64,000 nucleotides of DNA from NCBI RefSeq assembly GCF_004010195.1, contig NC_057751.1:18011325-18075324 (forward strand), given 5' to 3'. This DNA comes from Chiloscyllium plagiosum. Its lineage: Eukaryota. Positions 12,830 through 25,150 of this stretch are shown here, in pieces (the stretch's first letter is position 1; each line of letters opens with the position of its first letter). Both the position numbers and the translations under genes were made by a program. The notes beneath the pieces were generated by a model. The model made no database searches. It was given only the letters and a program-made list of their open reading frames with translations, and had not been told where the DNA came from.

Positions 12830-14530
12830 CTACTGCACGCAATGTGGCAAAGCATATTGGGAAAATAGGCAATTGGACATTTTCAACGGTCAAAAGATAG
12901 CCACGAAGAAATGTTACAGAGAAAACTAATAAGCAGAGTATTTAAGCTCAGAAAATATAAAAAAAAAATTTAAACAAATATATAAAGCAAGAAAGAGAGA
13001 TAAGGCAAGCATTGGTTCTTTAGACGATGAGAAGCTGGATGTACTAGAGGGAAATGAGGAAATGACTGACGTATTGAACAGCGGGAAGACACAAATCACT
13101 TGCTAATAATTGATGACAGGATGTCTAAGGCAGGTAAAGAACTATAAGCGATCATATCAGGAAAGTACGAGTGTTGGCCAAGTTAATAGGTTGGAACGGA
13201 GACAAGTCCGCTGGCCCTGATGGAATGCATCATTCGGTAGTAAATAGAAACGTGGGAATAATTAGCAAATGTGTTTGTGGTAATTTTCCAAACTTCACTC
13301 GGCGTTTCCAAAAGATTGAAAAATAGCAATATTGACACCAGTGTTTAAAAAGGGTAGACAAAAAGCGGATAACTGTGCACCCATTACTTAACCTCTGCGG
13401 TGTGTAAAGTGTTTGTTCAGGGAAGATTTAGCGAGACATCTGGACCGAAATTCTACAATTGATTTGAAGCAGCGTGGTTTCATGAAATGCAAGTCAGTTT
13501 CACTGTTTTACTGGAATTGTTCGAAGACAATACGTGCATGGTGGACATTGGAGAACCGATAGATGCGGTGTCTCTTTATTTATAGATGGCATTCGACAAA
13601 TTGCACACAAATGTCTATTGCATAAAATTAGCGTTGACTGCATTATGGTCATGTATCAAGCATGGACAGAAGGTTAGGTAAATTGGCCATGCTAAATTAC
13701 CCGTAATGTTAGGTAGGGGTATGGGTGGGTTGCGCTTCGGCGGGGCGGTGTGGACTACTTGGGCCGAAGGGCCTGTTTCCACACTGTAAGTAATCTAATC
13801 TAGAAAGTAATCTAATCTAATCTAGAAATATTGGTGAATTAACAGAAAGCTAAGAATGAATATAAATAGTTGTTTTTTATGGTTAATGATGAGTGGTTAG
13901 TGGTGTTCCTCAAGGATCTGTATTGGACCCGCAATTGTTTTCAGTTTACACGCAGGAATTACATTTGGGACGAAATGCAGAGTTCACAGAAGTATGCAGA
14001 AGACATTGAAAGCATTCACATGGATATTCGTTGGTTGAGGCTACTTGAGATTTCAGGGAGAGAACAAGGGTGGTGAATGTAAGTTTATACATTTTGGTAT
14101 TATGGACTACCAGATAAATGATGAACAATTGCAGCATGCTGTTGTTCAGAGTGATCTGTGTGTCCTTGTCTGTGAATCACAAAATGTTTATTTTAAATTG
14201 CATTAGGCAATTAAGAAGGGAATGGCATATTCGCGTTCATTGCGAGACATGTGGAGATTTAAGTAAAGGGACAATGCGGCAACTGTGCAGAGTGTTGATG
14301 AGGCCACACTTGAAGCACTGTGTGCAGTTTTTGTTTTCCGGAGTGTGACATGATGTACTGGCACGGGAGGAGGTGTAGAGGAGTGTTAGTGAATTGATTT
14401 TAGAATTGAGAGTGTTGGCTTATGAAAAGAAATTGAGTAAATTAGGACGATACTCATTGGTGTTTAAAAGAATGAGGGGCATCTTAGGGAAACATGGAGA
14501 AATATGAAGAGAATAGATAAGATAGAAGCA
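12830..14530 (+). mobile_element. Old decayed CR1-clade LINE ORF2 fragment
   Basis: Remnants DKSAGPDGMH, TPVFKKG, VPQGSVLDP and RVLMRPHLKHCVQF. Confidence 0.75.
13671..13826 (+). mobile_element. HE1 SINE 3' half
   Basis: aattggccatgctaaatt..gggccgaagggcctgtttccacactgtaag followed by (TAATC)n. Confidence 0.85.
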
Positions 14531-14719
14531 GGTCCTGCTAGTCCATCTCACCGTCACTGCCATCCCAATGGCCAGTCACCACGTCCATCTTCACTCTGAA
14601 CCCCCACGTCACAGTTTGAGTCCTATCCCGTTGGCGAGTCTCCTTATCAAACATACTCTGAACCATCTCACCGCTCCCCGCCCCCAAACTCCAATAACTG
14701 TCCTTGCCTGTTCGCTCTG

Positions 14720-15985
14720 ACGCTCAGTATTATATAGAATGGAATCAAACCCTTCAGCCAAACTTATCCGTATGGACCAGGTTGCGTGAACTGCACTGGT
14801 CCAATTTTCCTCCATTTGATCTATAGCCCTTTATTTTCACCTAACCATTAGCTTTCCAAATGTAATTTAAACATTGCAATCATACTCTCCTCTACCAGTT
14901 CCTCTGTCTGCTCGTTCTATAAACATACAACCCTCTCTGTGAGAATGCTGCACCAAAGTCCAATTCTAAATCTTTCTTCGCTCACCTAAAAATTATGCCC
15001 TTTTGAATTCCGCTGCCTTGGGAAAATGAGTTTGACTATTGCCCTTATCTATTTATAGCACGATGTTATAAACCTCTTTAAGGTCACCTCTCAGCCTTCA
15101 ATATTCCAGGGAAAAAATGCCCCAGCTTCTAACCTCTCCTTTTAACTCAGGCTCCCTTCAGTCTTGTTAGCATCCTTGGAAATCTTATATTTGCCATTTC
15201 CAATTTAAGACAAATCTTCCTACAGTAGGGCGAACAGACTTGTATGCAGTACTCCAAAAGTGGCCTTACTAACATCCTATACAACTGTAACATTATGTCC
15301 TATACTGATTGCTGTGACTAATTCAGTCAAAAATGCCAAACGCCTGATTCAACACACTCTCTTCGTGAGGCCACAACTTCGTAATTGCATCCCTGCTTCT
15401 CTCTTTTTGACAACTCTGCCCAGGGCGCTACGATTAACTGTGGTTGCGTCTCCCTGGCTTGTCTTAATCAAATGCAACGTCTTGCAGTCAACATTATTAA
15501 ACTCCATCTGGAATTCCTCGACGCATGGCCAAGTAAATAAAGGTCAAGTTTTATTCTTAAATGACTTCCTGCACTGTCCACAATACTTTGATGTAGCTGT
15601 CATGTGCAAACTTACTAACCATGCCTCATATTTTTGATCCAGGACTTTTGCAGGAATGACAAACAAAACTGGATCAATAATAATCTTGAATCAACACGCT
15701 CTTTCTCCGACATTCAAGCTAATCTTACATTCATTTGCCGAGCTTTCCCAGGATCGCATGTAATCTGAACCTATAACCAGTCTCCCATGCAGAACCTTGC
15801 CAAATGCCTTGCAAAATTCAACGTTCACCATCCTGCTTTTCTCTGTATTCTTGGTCAATTCTTCAAAGAAAATCTCAACCACGTTTTTGAACCACGATTT
15901 ACTACGTGGAAAGCTATTCTGACTATCGCTAATCATTCCTTGCCACACAAAATGAAATTTTCACTTCTGACTGAACCCCGATAAC
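14720..15985 (-). mobile_element. CR1 LINE 3' fragment, decayed
   Basis: Minus strand FFEELTK..FCKAFGKVLHGRL and typical CR1 3' region. Confidence 0.8.
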
Positions 15986-16213
15986 CCCTTGCCTGTCACA
16001 GCCAACAGAAGACCCTCCAGCCACTCTCTGAACCAAACACACCAGGAGGTTGAACCCAAATCCTGATATAGGCTACGCCCTATTTCAATCATCTCACATA
16101 CCACGTACCTGGTGTCACACCTACCTGGAATACCTCAAGCTTATTCACATGCTCTCCTCGCTATCTGTTACCTTTCCACTACATGTAGGATGTATTCTTA
16201 TTCTTTCACAGCA

Positions 16214-17205
16214 GACCAGTTGGAAGAACATAGCAACCCAGGCAGCATACGGACGTGAAGAGATCAACGTTTCGAGTATAACATTTTTTTCAGTTCTGGG
16301 TGTCAGGGGATCTACAGGTTCAGGGGCATTGGGAAGGGTTTTCAGTGGGGAGAGGAGCGTGTTGACAGAAAGGAAGAGGTGAACGCATGCAGATTGCATG
16401 CTCTTTTAGATAGATGGGAGGAATGAATATGGATGGAAGCTGGAAGGAATGGCGGATCAGAGGACTGGAATGGAGAGGAATGGGTTGGAAAGGGAGTCGG
16501 GGATGGGAAGAGAAGATTTTTTGAAATTGGAGAAAACTTCACTGAGTTCTCCCATTTCAATAACCTCTCTTCCATTTCCCTGATGCCCTTTCCAGCACAT
16601 TCCCCTCCGTTCCATTGGAGGAACAACACGTCATCATTTGAATGGGGCGAAAATGAGGTGTTATTCCTCCAAGTTTCGTTCTGATTCGCTTTAGCAATGG
16701 AGGAGGGCAACGATGGTCAGGTCAGAAAGGGAGTGAGAGGAGGATTTCAAGTGGGCAGTTCCTGAGAGGTCAGATCAGCCCCTGTAAGCCCGGCTGAGAT
16801 GCTTGGAGAATCTTACCCTGAGTTTGTGCTTGTTGTCACTGGGCAGCCAGCAACCTGGAGGAAACAAAATTATCTTCTCCAAGTTCAATTAACATCCCTT
16901 CCCACCCTGGTATGACTTTTCATCCTCACCCCTTTCCATTGTTCTGATCGATCCTTCCTCCCATCGATCTACCAAGTCGTACCGTCGACCTGTGTTCCCT
17001 ACCTCACTAGCCCTCCCTTTTACCGACGGAAACGCTGCCGCAGTTTATCTGCAGCTCCCCATGCAGGAACCTCCAGTTCTGAAAACAGGTTATACCCGAA
17101 ACCTTGAACTATCCATCACCTGCTGCTGCCTGGGTTCTTGTATTCTTCCAGCCTTCTGCTTGTCTGGCTTGAAATCCCAGTATCTGCAGTGTTTTTGTCT
17201 CTACC
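16214..17205. mobile_element. Inverted (fold-back) Penelope-like insertion with GIY-YIG C-terminal remnant and 11-bp TSD
   Basis: Minus arm encodes FSKHL..AHLKSSSHSLSDLTIVALLHC*SESERNLEE*HLIF. Plus arm ends in the terminal repeat with a decayed hammerhead (17075-17110). CTTTCACAGCA flanks both sides (16203-16213, 17206-17216). Confidence 0.8.
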
Positions 17206-17649
17206 CTTTCACAGCAACGGTCATAGTTGACTGACTGTGCATCTGGAAATCAAAATGACAGGCCTTGGTAAACTGACATCTTTTGATTTCACAAAGACCT
17301 TCTTTCGAGTGGATTTGTACATTCCCGCCCGAGCTTGTAGAAGGAAACCCGTGTTCAGGAAACGGAAGTAAAGAATTCTTCCCAAAACACTTGGAATTTC
17401 TGTATCTGATCAGAATATCTGTGCCATTCTTTATAATGGAAACCTGATTGCGAAATCTGTATTTAGAAGTAAAGAGATGTCATTGGCCATATGAAAAACT
17501 GAGTGTTCCATTTTATCTAAAAAATGTTGTGCCCCGTGGACTTGAGGTACTGCTGCAAGACAGTTTACTCTTCCTGAAATTGAAACGATTCTGAAAAATG
17601 TACAAGGATCTTGCCTGCGATTAACTGTTTGAGATGACAAGTGCGGTTG

Positions 17650-18060
17650 AATGCGCTGGGGCTGTTTTGCCTGTAGCGTCGGAGGTGAGGAGTAACTTTG
17701 CAGAGGTTAATAAAATCATGAGAAGCATGAATAGTGTAAATGGATAAGGTCTATTCCCTGGGATAATAGCGTCCATAACTGGAGTGTAAAGGTTTAGGGT
17801 GAGAGGGAAACGGTTGGAAATCGAACCAAGGGGAAATATTTTTCATTCACATGGTGGTCCTGCATAAAATGAGCTATCAGTGGAATGTTGATGGTGGGAT
17901 AATTAAAACAGTTAGAAGGAATCTGGTTATGCTTATGAAAAAGAAGTTTTAGAAGTGATATGGGCCAAATGCTGGCAAATGTGATGAGATTAATTTCGGC
18001 TACCTGGCAAGCATGGACGGGTTTGATTGCAGGGTCTGTTTCCATTCTTGAATCTACTAT
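17650..18060 (+). mobile_element. CR1 3' end; paralogous copy at about 25655-26115
   Basis: gtcggagg..gaggttaataaaatcatgag..gggtctgtttcc 3' pattern at the same position in both duplicated NLR blocks. Confidence 0.75.
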
Positions 18061-18519
18061 ATATAACGGTAAAAATCTGAATGTGCAAGAATTAGAATTA
18101 TGTGAAGAGTTAAAAGGTTTCTCCACCGGTATTAATTTGTCAGTGGCATTTAACGTTACCATATCTTCAACAGTCTGTTGAAGCTGCAAATCAAATTTCA
18201 CACTAATCCACTGAGCTTTCAATAGAGTCATAAAACTGTACAGAATGAATAAGGAGCATTTAGTCTAATTCATTCATCTCGTTTTGGGCTCCCACACCAC
18301 GAGGAAAGGATCACAACTATTTAAGCTATCCATATTCCCCTAATTTTATAAACGTACAAAAATTTCAAATTCTTTCTGTAGAGCTCAAACCCTTCAATTT
18401 TGCAATCGGTTCTGGACGTTTTCAAGTTTCCCAACGTTCTTTCTATCGCCATCTCACTGAAAGGTTGTTCAAGCACAAACCAAACAACATGGAAATCACT
18501 TTATGTCTGCTCTTCTTGA

Positions 18520-20254
18520 AACAATTCACGAGAAACAAAGGAGACACTTCAGGTGCAAACTGTAACCCTGCGAGTGAGCATTGTTCAAATAAAGGATAAA
18601 AGAACACTCTCCAGCTGGTTGATCGATATGCCAACCTAACAATCATTTTTGCTGTTTGAGATCGAACACTTGTCGAACATGATATACTGGCAAGTGGTTG
18701 CTATGATAAGGAGTTGAGAAAGAAACATCTCAGAAGAGGACTGAAAATTAAAATCGAAATGACCAGTTGCTCAAGGTCAGCTTTTCCTTATGAAATTCCC
18801 AAATTTGAAGTTCCGCTCTAATGAGTGGTGTCCCATGAATTGCAAAACAAAAATATAATGGCACGAAAATAGGTTATGACTGGATCATTGAGAAAATGCA
18901 TCAGGACTTCCAATTTGTTTCAAGTCTTAAATTGCGTCATTTAACCACGATTAATATGCGGAATCTCACACTGGGAGCAATACCCGTACTTCGGGAATGT
19001 TCTGGGAGTGTTTCAGAACAACTCAGTGGTTTTGCTTTCTCTGTTCAATGGTTTGGATGAATGCATGGGCAGGCTCGATTTTGCTGAGAATCGGAGAGAC
19101 ACAGAAGCTCAGCACATGTTCACAAATCCTGAACACTGTTGTGAAGTGTCTGACGTTGTGTGCAGTCTATTCCAACACAAGCTTTCGCCAGAATGTTCCC
19201 TTTTAGTGACTACTCGTCCCATTTCATGTCATTAATTGGAAAAGGCTTGAGATCAGCATCTGATCTGAAATCCTGGGAGTTGAGAGTGCTTAGCAGAAGG
19301 AATACATCAAGATGTGTTTTGGAGATTGGTAAATGCCAGCAGCCGTTTTCAAACACGTGGAGGAGAATGAGATCATGTTCACCTTGGGCTACAACGGTTC
19401 GGACTGCTGGATCCTGGGCCTATCACTGGGTCCCGTCTTCACACCACGCAACAGGAAACAGCGGAACCTTCCCAAGTCCATCACTCACCTATATTCCCAC
19501 TATATTTGGAATATTCTGGAAATCCATGGCCGAGAGTTTGAAAACTCCTATCATGTATTACTAAGGATTGATGAGATGGCCTTCACTCGAGTTTCTGACA
19601 AGATGAAAATATGTTTCGAAATGGAGCTTTGAAAATGTACCACATCAAACACTCCCAGCTTCTGTCTGCGTTTCTGATGAAACGTTTGGAGGAAAATATT
19701 TCTGCCAAGAGTGTAGTTTTCAACATCCCGCACCTCATCATTCAAGTGTTTGTGGCTGCACGCTCTCAATTCCTCACTACAGAATACGGAAATATCCAGA
19801 AGCTCCTCCGTGAATCCCACAGAAATGATGATTTTGGTTTCAGACATTTCTCCGAATTCTTGATGTTCTATCCTCCCCACAGTCAGCTCAATTCCTTGAG
19901 CAGTGTCTCGGTCCATTTTGTCGTCAAGCAACCTCTTGCATGATTGATTGGGTGAAGCACAGGTTTTGGAGCATTTTGTGAAAACATAAATACTGAACCT
20001 GTAAACACGAGCCACCTTGAACTTATTTCACTATGAATTCGAGTCTCAGAGTAAAGCACTAGCTCAGAACACAGTGGAATCTATGCAAGCACTTGCATGT
20101 AGCGAGTTGCAACTGAACAGACTGAGTGTGTGGTCCTGTCTCAGGCTATTGATCTCTGTGTGACAGTAAAACAGCCCGAGCAAAAAAGATGCATCCTTGC
20201 TTCCGAGATTCTACAATGACTAGGATGTGTACTACGCATATGCCAGACGTTGAG
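18520..20254 (+). pseudogene. NLR (NLRC3/NLRP-like) pseudogene copy 1, large NACHT exon
   Basis: Walker A remnant SGVP*IAK (TGA at 18836), GYDW..FQFV, Walker B remnant LSLFNGLDEC, CEVSDVVCSLFQHKLSPECSLLVTTRP, AAVFKHVEENEIMFTLGYN..CWIL, PHLIIQVFVAA. GT donor at 20255. Many frameshifts and stops. Confidence 0.9.
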
Positions 20255-21526
20255 GTAATTCCTGATTTCCAGTTGTTGGATGAATTAGTAGACAGACATG
20301 CATTATTTTGTTGCTTTGTCATAAAAGGACTGAGTTGAACAATTAAATGATAGAAACAACTTCAAAACATACAGTATCAATAATGCTTAATATCGATCCC
20401 TTTGGCTCAGGAGGGACTTTACAGTATTTTCCACTCAGCAAGGCGAGATCACTGGAAGTGGCTGACGTATTTATTGTAATTCAGCTGCTGAGTCCAGATG
20501 ATGGAATATAAATACAACATTTTTTTATTAACCAGTGCATATGCCAGTTGATAAAGATGTCCAAAATGTAAGTAACACAAACAGAGTAAAATAAACATAA
20601 TACAAAAAGTGTACACATTAGAGTTATACATTGTTTATGTATAGCTAAACAATAGTGTATATGATTAACTGAAATAATAATACAATTTGCCTTAAATAAA
20701 ATGTACTGGCGAAAATGCAGTAAACGACCGTCACTTCGGGAGTAAAGGTTCACCAGTTTTGATAAGTGCTAGTTTGGAAGTTGCCAGGTAAAACAAGGTA
20801 TCCTGTATCTGTATAATGTAGAAGCTAACAAAAAAAAAGCCAAACGTTTTTCTCAACTGCCATTTTCTTTCGAAAAGAGAAAACAGTATGTATTCAGATT
20901 GATAATCGTTCCACACTTAGTCCTATTGGGTGCCTTGCCAAGGGAAGATTTCTCGGTTGGGAAAACAGAAATTCGTGTAATTATAAATGGTTAACATCAT
21001 TCGCAGTCTTGAGGATTTACACTCGTGAACTTCTACCTCTTAAAGCTAATATGTTGTGAGAAATTAGCACTAGAGTACAGACACACAGCAGAGAGTGGAA
21101 AGGCTTCAACAACATTGGGCAGGACTTGGGCAAAGGGCAACCAGTGTCACGAGACATTTCTTCCAATCCAATTCACGTGTGAGACACCTCTCTTCATGGG
21201 ATATTTTCGAATCTTTCAAAAATCTGATCATCGGTCACCAGAATGTTACAGTAAAGTAAACCAGTGGGAACATCCATAAACAATTTTGATCCACGGAGGA
21301 ATAAGATAAGACTGGAGCATCCTAGAAGCAGGAGAGTCTTTACTGCCCATTTTTTGAACGTAGTTGAACAGAGTGAGATTCATTATCAAGGATGGAGAAA
21401 TGTATTCCATTCACTTCCACAATTTTCTTTTCTGTATTAATATGCGTTCTAATAACGGCAACATCAATAAATGTCATTATCAGAAGCGAGGTTTGATTCG
21501 CGATGATTCAAATTCCATTTGCTAAG

Positions 21527-21613
21527 ATTGAATTGCAATGAACTGGGAGCTTCAAGCGTAAAAGTGTTCTCTGAGTCTCTTAGACATTCATACTGAAAGA
21601 TGCAGAAACTGCA
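21527..21613 (+). pseudogene. NLR copy 1 LRR exon (87 bp, ribonuclease-inhibitor type)
   Basis: AG..GT bounded; LNCNELGASSVKVFSESLRHSY*KMQKL. Confidence 0.8.
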
Positions 21614-21749
21614 GTAAATACTGAAACTGTATTTATAATAACTGAATGTTTGACACTGCGTGTTTTACTGATATCAAGCACAGAGCTATCACTATTCATT
21701 AGATTTGTTCGGATATCTGTTTCTGTTTCATCTTCATTTATGATTAAAA

Positions 21750-21922
21750 ACTCTATAGCAAAACGTACTGCTAGATAATTGACCTGAGGATCTCCCCTCG
21801 GCTCTTGGTACAAACAGGTCGCTGATGGACCTGATTCTGGGTAATAGTGAACTGGCAGATACAGCAGTGAAGCTATTGTTTTCGGTTCTGAAACATTAGG
21901 ATTGCAACACGCCCACTTGAGA
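21750..21922 (+). pseudogene. NLR copy 1 second LRR exon
   Basis: EDLPSALGTNRSLMDLILGNSELADTAVKLLFSVLKH*DC. Confidence 0.7.
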
Positions 21923-21981
21923 AAATGGCAGGCTCTCTGAAAATGTTGTAGCAACTGTTGTTCGACATGACAGAATATTTG

Positions 21982-22665
21982 TGTTTTGAAGTTGAAGCCG
22001 CATATTGTACCTTTCAGAGAGAGTGAAAGCTAGCAAAAACCTGCATGTCACAGATTGTGCTGGAAAATGTACAGGTGTAACATCTTGGGGTATACCTTGG
22101 ATAAGGACTTGTTTTCACAGCAGTTAAGATTCAGCCAATTCAGTTAAACTCTACCCCAAAGTACCGCACACAAACAAATTGGAAAGTTACTGCTTTGACA
22201 GCATCGAATCAACGAAATGAGCTGATAGCTTTGGGAATAAAAAGTAGCTGTTTTAAACAGTTAATCAGAGAAAGAGCACTGCCACCCATTGTCACACAGA
22301 CTGCCCGAAACGCTTCTCTCCAAAACGTACAGTTTTCATATGAAAACTCTATGCAGCAGAAGACCGAAGTTGACACAGAGAGATCGACAAAGAAAGGGAG
22401 TTAGACACCTGAAGACAATACACGTGGTCTCGTTTTCAAAATTGACTTGCTTCAAATTAAATAAAGGTTTTATCAGATCAGTATATTGTTATACAGAGTG
22501 AGGTGGGCAACAAATCTTTAAGAGAAAGGAGTATTACAGTTGTAGAGAGTTGTTGTTTAATGTTCTCTTTCGGAGTTAAAGAATAATTTTTTTGTCTTTA
22601 AATAGTGAAGTTTGGTTATTCTCTGTCACTCATACATTAACAGATTTCGGGGCGAGATGAACTGA
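21982..22665. mobile_element. Solo-LTR-like repeat, family B
   Basis: Starts TGTTTTGAAG. Shares ttcagccaat(t)cagtt, ttt(a)agagaaagga and tttaaatagtga blocks in order with 61883-63181. Confidence 0.55.
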
Positions 22666-22865
22666 AGAGTTAACACTGTTTTCGGGTTGTTCAGCTTCGT
22701 GGCTTGGAAATATTCAGACAGATCCAGTCTGAGATTTGGACAGATTTGAAGAGATTAGGGGTGCAAAAGATACCAGCAGATGTAAACATTTTCAGAGTAG
22801 TGTCCTAGATCTTTAAATAAACGGGAGGTGAGACGGTAAGTTTAATTTTGGCTATTACTGGATAG

Positions 22866-22954
22866 TTGAAACTTTATTGCTGGAACAGCACAGCAGGTCA
22901 GGCAGCATCCAGGGAACAGGAGATTCGACGTTTCGGGCACAGGCCCTTCTTCAG
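22866..22954 (-). mobile_element. 89-bp PLE-terminus element with intact hammerhead core and 15-bp flanking direct repeat
   Basis: Minus strand CTGAAGA-a-GGGC ctgt GCCC-GAAACGTC-gaatctcc. GCTATTACTGGATAG occurs at 22851-22865 and 22962-22976. Confidence 0.85.
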
Positions 22955-23212
22955 TAATTGAGCTATTACTGGATAGCTCAATTAAGAATGAGTGACAACA
23001 TGCTCTTAAAATTGCTATAGAAGTTCTGGGGTTTGAAGATGATACCCAAATTTTCCAAGAAAATGTAGAAAGAAATGACCGTACTTGTAGGTCCAATGTG
23101 CCTGGACTCTGACAACATACGTCAGTAGAATAAACAAGAAGGCATACGGCATGTTCTCCTTCATCGGGATGGGTATTGAGTACAAGAATTCACAGGTCAT
23201 ATTACAGTTGTA

Positions 23213-23424
23213 GCAAAAATTGTGTTGCTGGAAAAGCGCAGCAGGTCAGGCAGCATCCAAGGAGCAGGAGAAGCGACGTTTCGGGCATGAGCCCTTCTTC
23301 AGGACTCATGCCCGAAACGTCGATTCTCCTGCTCCTTGGATGCTGCCTGACCTGCTGCGCTTTTCCAGCAACACATTTTCAGCTCTTATCTCCAGCATCT
23401 GCAGTCCTCTCTTTCTCCTAGAAG
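23213..23424. mobile_element. Fold-back PLE-terminus element, 71-bp arms, 14-bp TSD
   Basis: Arms 23221-23291 and 23305-23375 pair at 70/71. ATATTACAGTTGTA at 23199-23212 and 23425-23438. Inserted in a CR1 fragment. Confidence 0.92.
23270..23307 (-). ncRNA. Minimal type-I hammerhead ribozyme motif
   Basis: gagtc-CTGAAGA-a-GGGC tcat GCCC-GAAACGTC-gcttc. Core intact; one mismatch in stem I. Confidence 0.75.
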
Positions 23425-23624
23425 ATATTACAGTTGTATCCTCACAACACAGCCCTTAGCTGTTTCTACAAAATGTTATACTGTAACCTGGCTCCGAACT
23501 CTCTGTGCTTCTCTGGTCCTTGGTAGCTTTTGAAATCTCTTAAATGTGCAGTATCCCTTACACATTCATTACAATGTGGATGCAGACAGAATACATCAGA
23601 AAGTTCTCTTTGCTTTTACCGTGG

Positions 23625-24170
23625 ACCCACAGAGTCTGGCAGTACAGAAACCGTCCCATCGGACTGAACCAGTGCATGCCGACTAGAATGCCAAACGAAA
23701 CTAGTCCCACCTGCTTGCTCCTTGCCCGTGACACTCCAAGCATTTCTGATTAATGTAATTACCAAATGTCTGTTAAAATATGTATGGCACCCACATCCAG
23801 TAATTCCTCATTTCTGTTTAAAGCCCTCTACTCTCAACCTTAAAATGTGTCCCCTGCTCGTGACATCCGCCATTTGGTGGACAACTACCAAGAAGCCTTT
23901 CTATACCCCTGACCATGTTAGACACCTCGACATATTCGCCTCTTATCCTCCGATGCTCCAGTGAAAAAACAAACCCAGCCTGTTTAGCCTCCATTTACAA
24001 CTCAAACTACTATACACAGTAAGATACTTGAAGTTTCTTCTGAAATTTCTCCAAATTAATATATCCTTCCATAGGTAGGGCGACCAGTCTTGGACAGACT
24101 ATTCCAGAAGACGCTTCATCAATGTACTGTAAAACTTCAACATGAGGTTTCCATTGCTGTATTCAAAGCA
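23625..24170 (-). mobile_element. CR1 3' fragment, decayed
   Basis: Typical CR1 3' end in reverse (agtcccacctgcttgct..ctctcaaccttaaaatgtg). Confidence 0.7.
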
Positions 24171-24459
24171 CTGAGCAGGAGAGACGTTAAAGCGTTAGTT
24201 CGCTCAGGGTCACCTTGTAGCAGGGTTCTAATCGAGAGTTGCCTTATTACAAAAGTAAAAACCAACAATAATTCTGACTCACAGAAAGGGTTATCATATC
24301 CACAAATGTTACAGTTCCAACGGTGTCTTTGACAATCGGATACATATCCAGGTAAAATTGTTGCAAAGCACAGAAATGGAGAAAGGGTGAGACAACTCTT
24401 TTTAATGTTGCTTTCAATTACAGAGATACGTGGGTCAGGGAATAAACAGGAACAGCAAC

Positions 24460-25150
24460 GACCACTTCATTCTCGTTTCGATCGGAAAAGGAGGGAGTCA
24501 TAAGAATACCTGGGTTTTTCTCCAACTCCACTCGATGAAAGTCAGGTGAGGATGTACAATGGGATGTTCGGCCCTCCGAGGAGAGAGGATTAGAGTATAG
24601 AAGCAGGGAAGGACAGGAGGAGACGATACGCTGGGTTTTTGTGTGTGCTTGCGGTTTGGACTCTTCTGATCTGAGGAAGGATGTTCTGGCGACGGATGGA
24701 GGGCAAAGGACGCTATCCTGGACAGATCTCTGGGCTGACAGATGGAGAGAGACTGGATCGGGTTGGCATTATGTGTGAGTTTACGAGAATGAGATGGGTG
24801 GGGCATCAATGAATAATATCAAATCCAAACAGGGAGCAGACAGAGTAAGGAATGTCCAAATCACTTGTGGGAGTGGTGCTGGTGATGCGCGGGAAACCAG
24901 AAACATGAGGTCACAGTGTAAGGTGTCGACAGCGGAATTAAGATTGCAAAGAGCTTTCTTCACCCAGAGAATAGGTGGGAGCCTGTGGAATTCTCTGCCA
25001 CAGAAAGACATCAGGGACAAAACATTGAGTGTTTCCAGGAAAGAGTTGAATATAGTCCTTGGAGTGAAAGGGAGGTAGTGTTGATGAGGACAGAGCTCGG
25101 TGGTTAGATCATGATCGAATTGAATGGTAGAGTCGGCCAGTAAGGGTCAA
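24460..25150 (+). mobile_element. Old CR1/L2-clade 3' fragment
   Basis: FFTQRIGGSLWNSLPQ motif in ORF 24794-25078. Confidence 0.6.

Noticed and set aside
17431..17615. Possible N-terminal NLR exon
   Set aside because: Only faint resemblance (ETILKNVQG); too decayed to support.
23213..23424. DNA-transposon MITE or pre-miRNA reading of the long hairpin
   Set aside because: Arms are asymmetric, TSD length varies between copies (11-18 bp), single-arm copies exist, and the same terminus type follows PLE endonuclease sequence.
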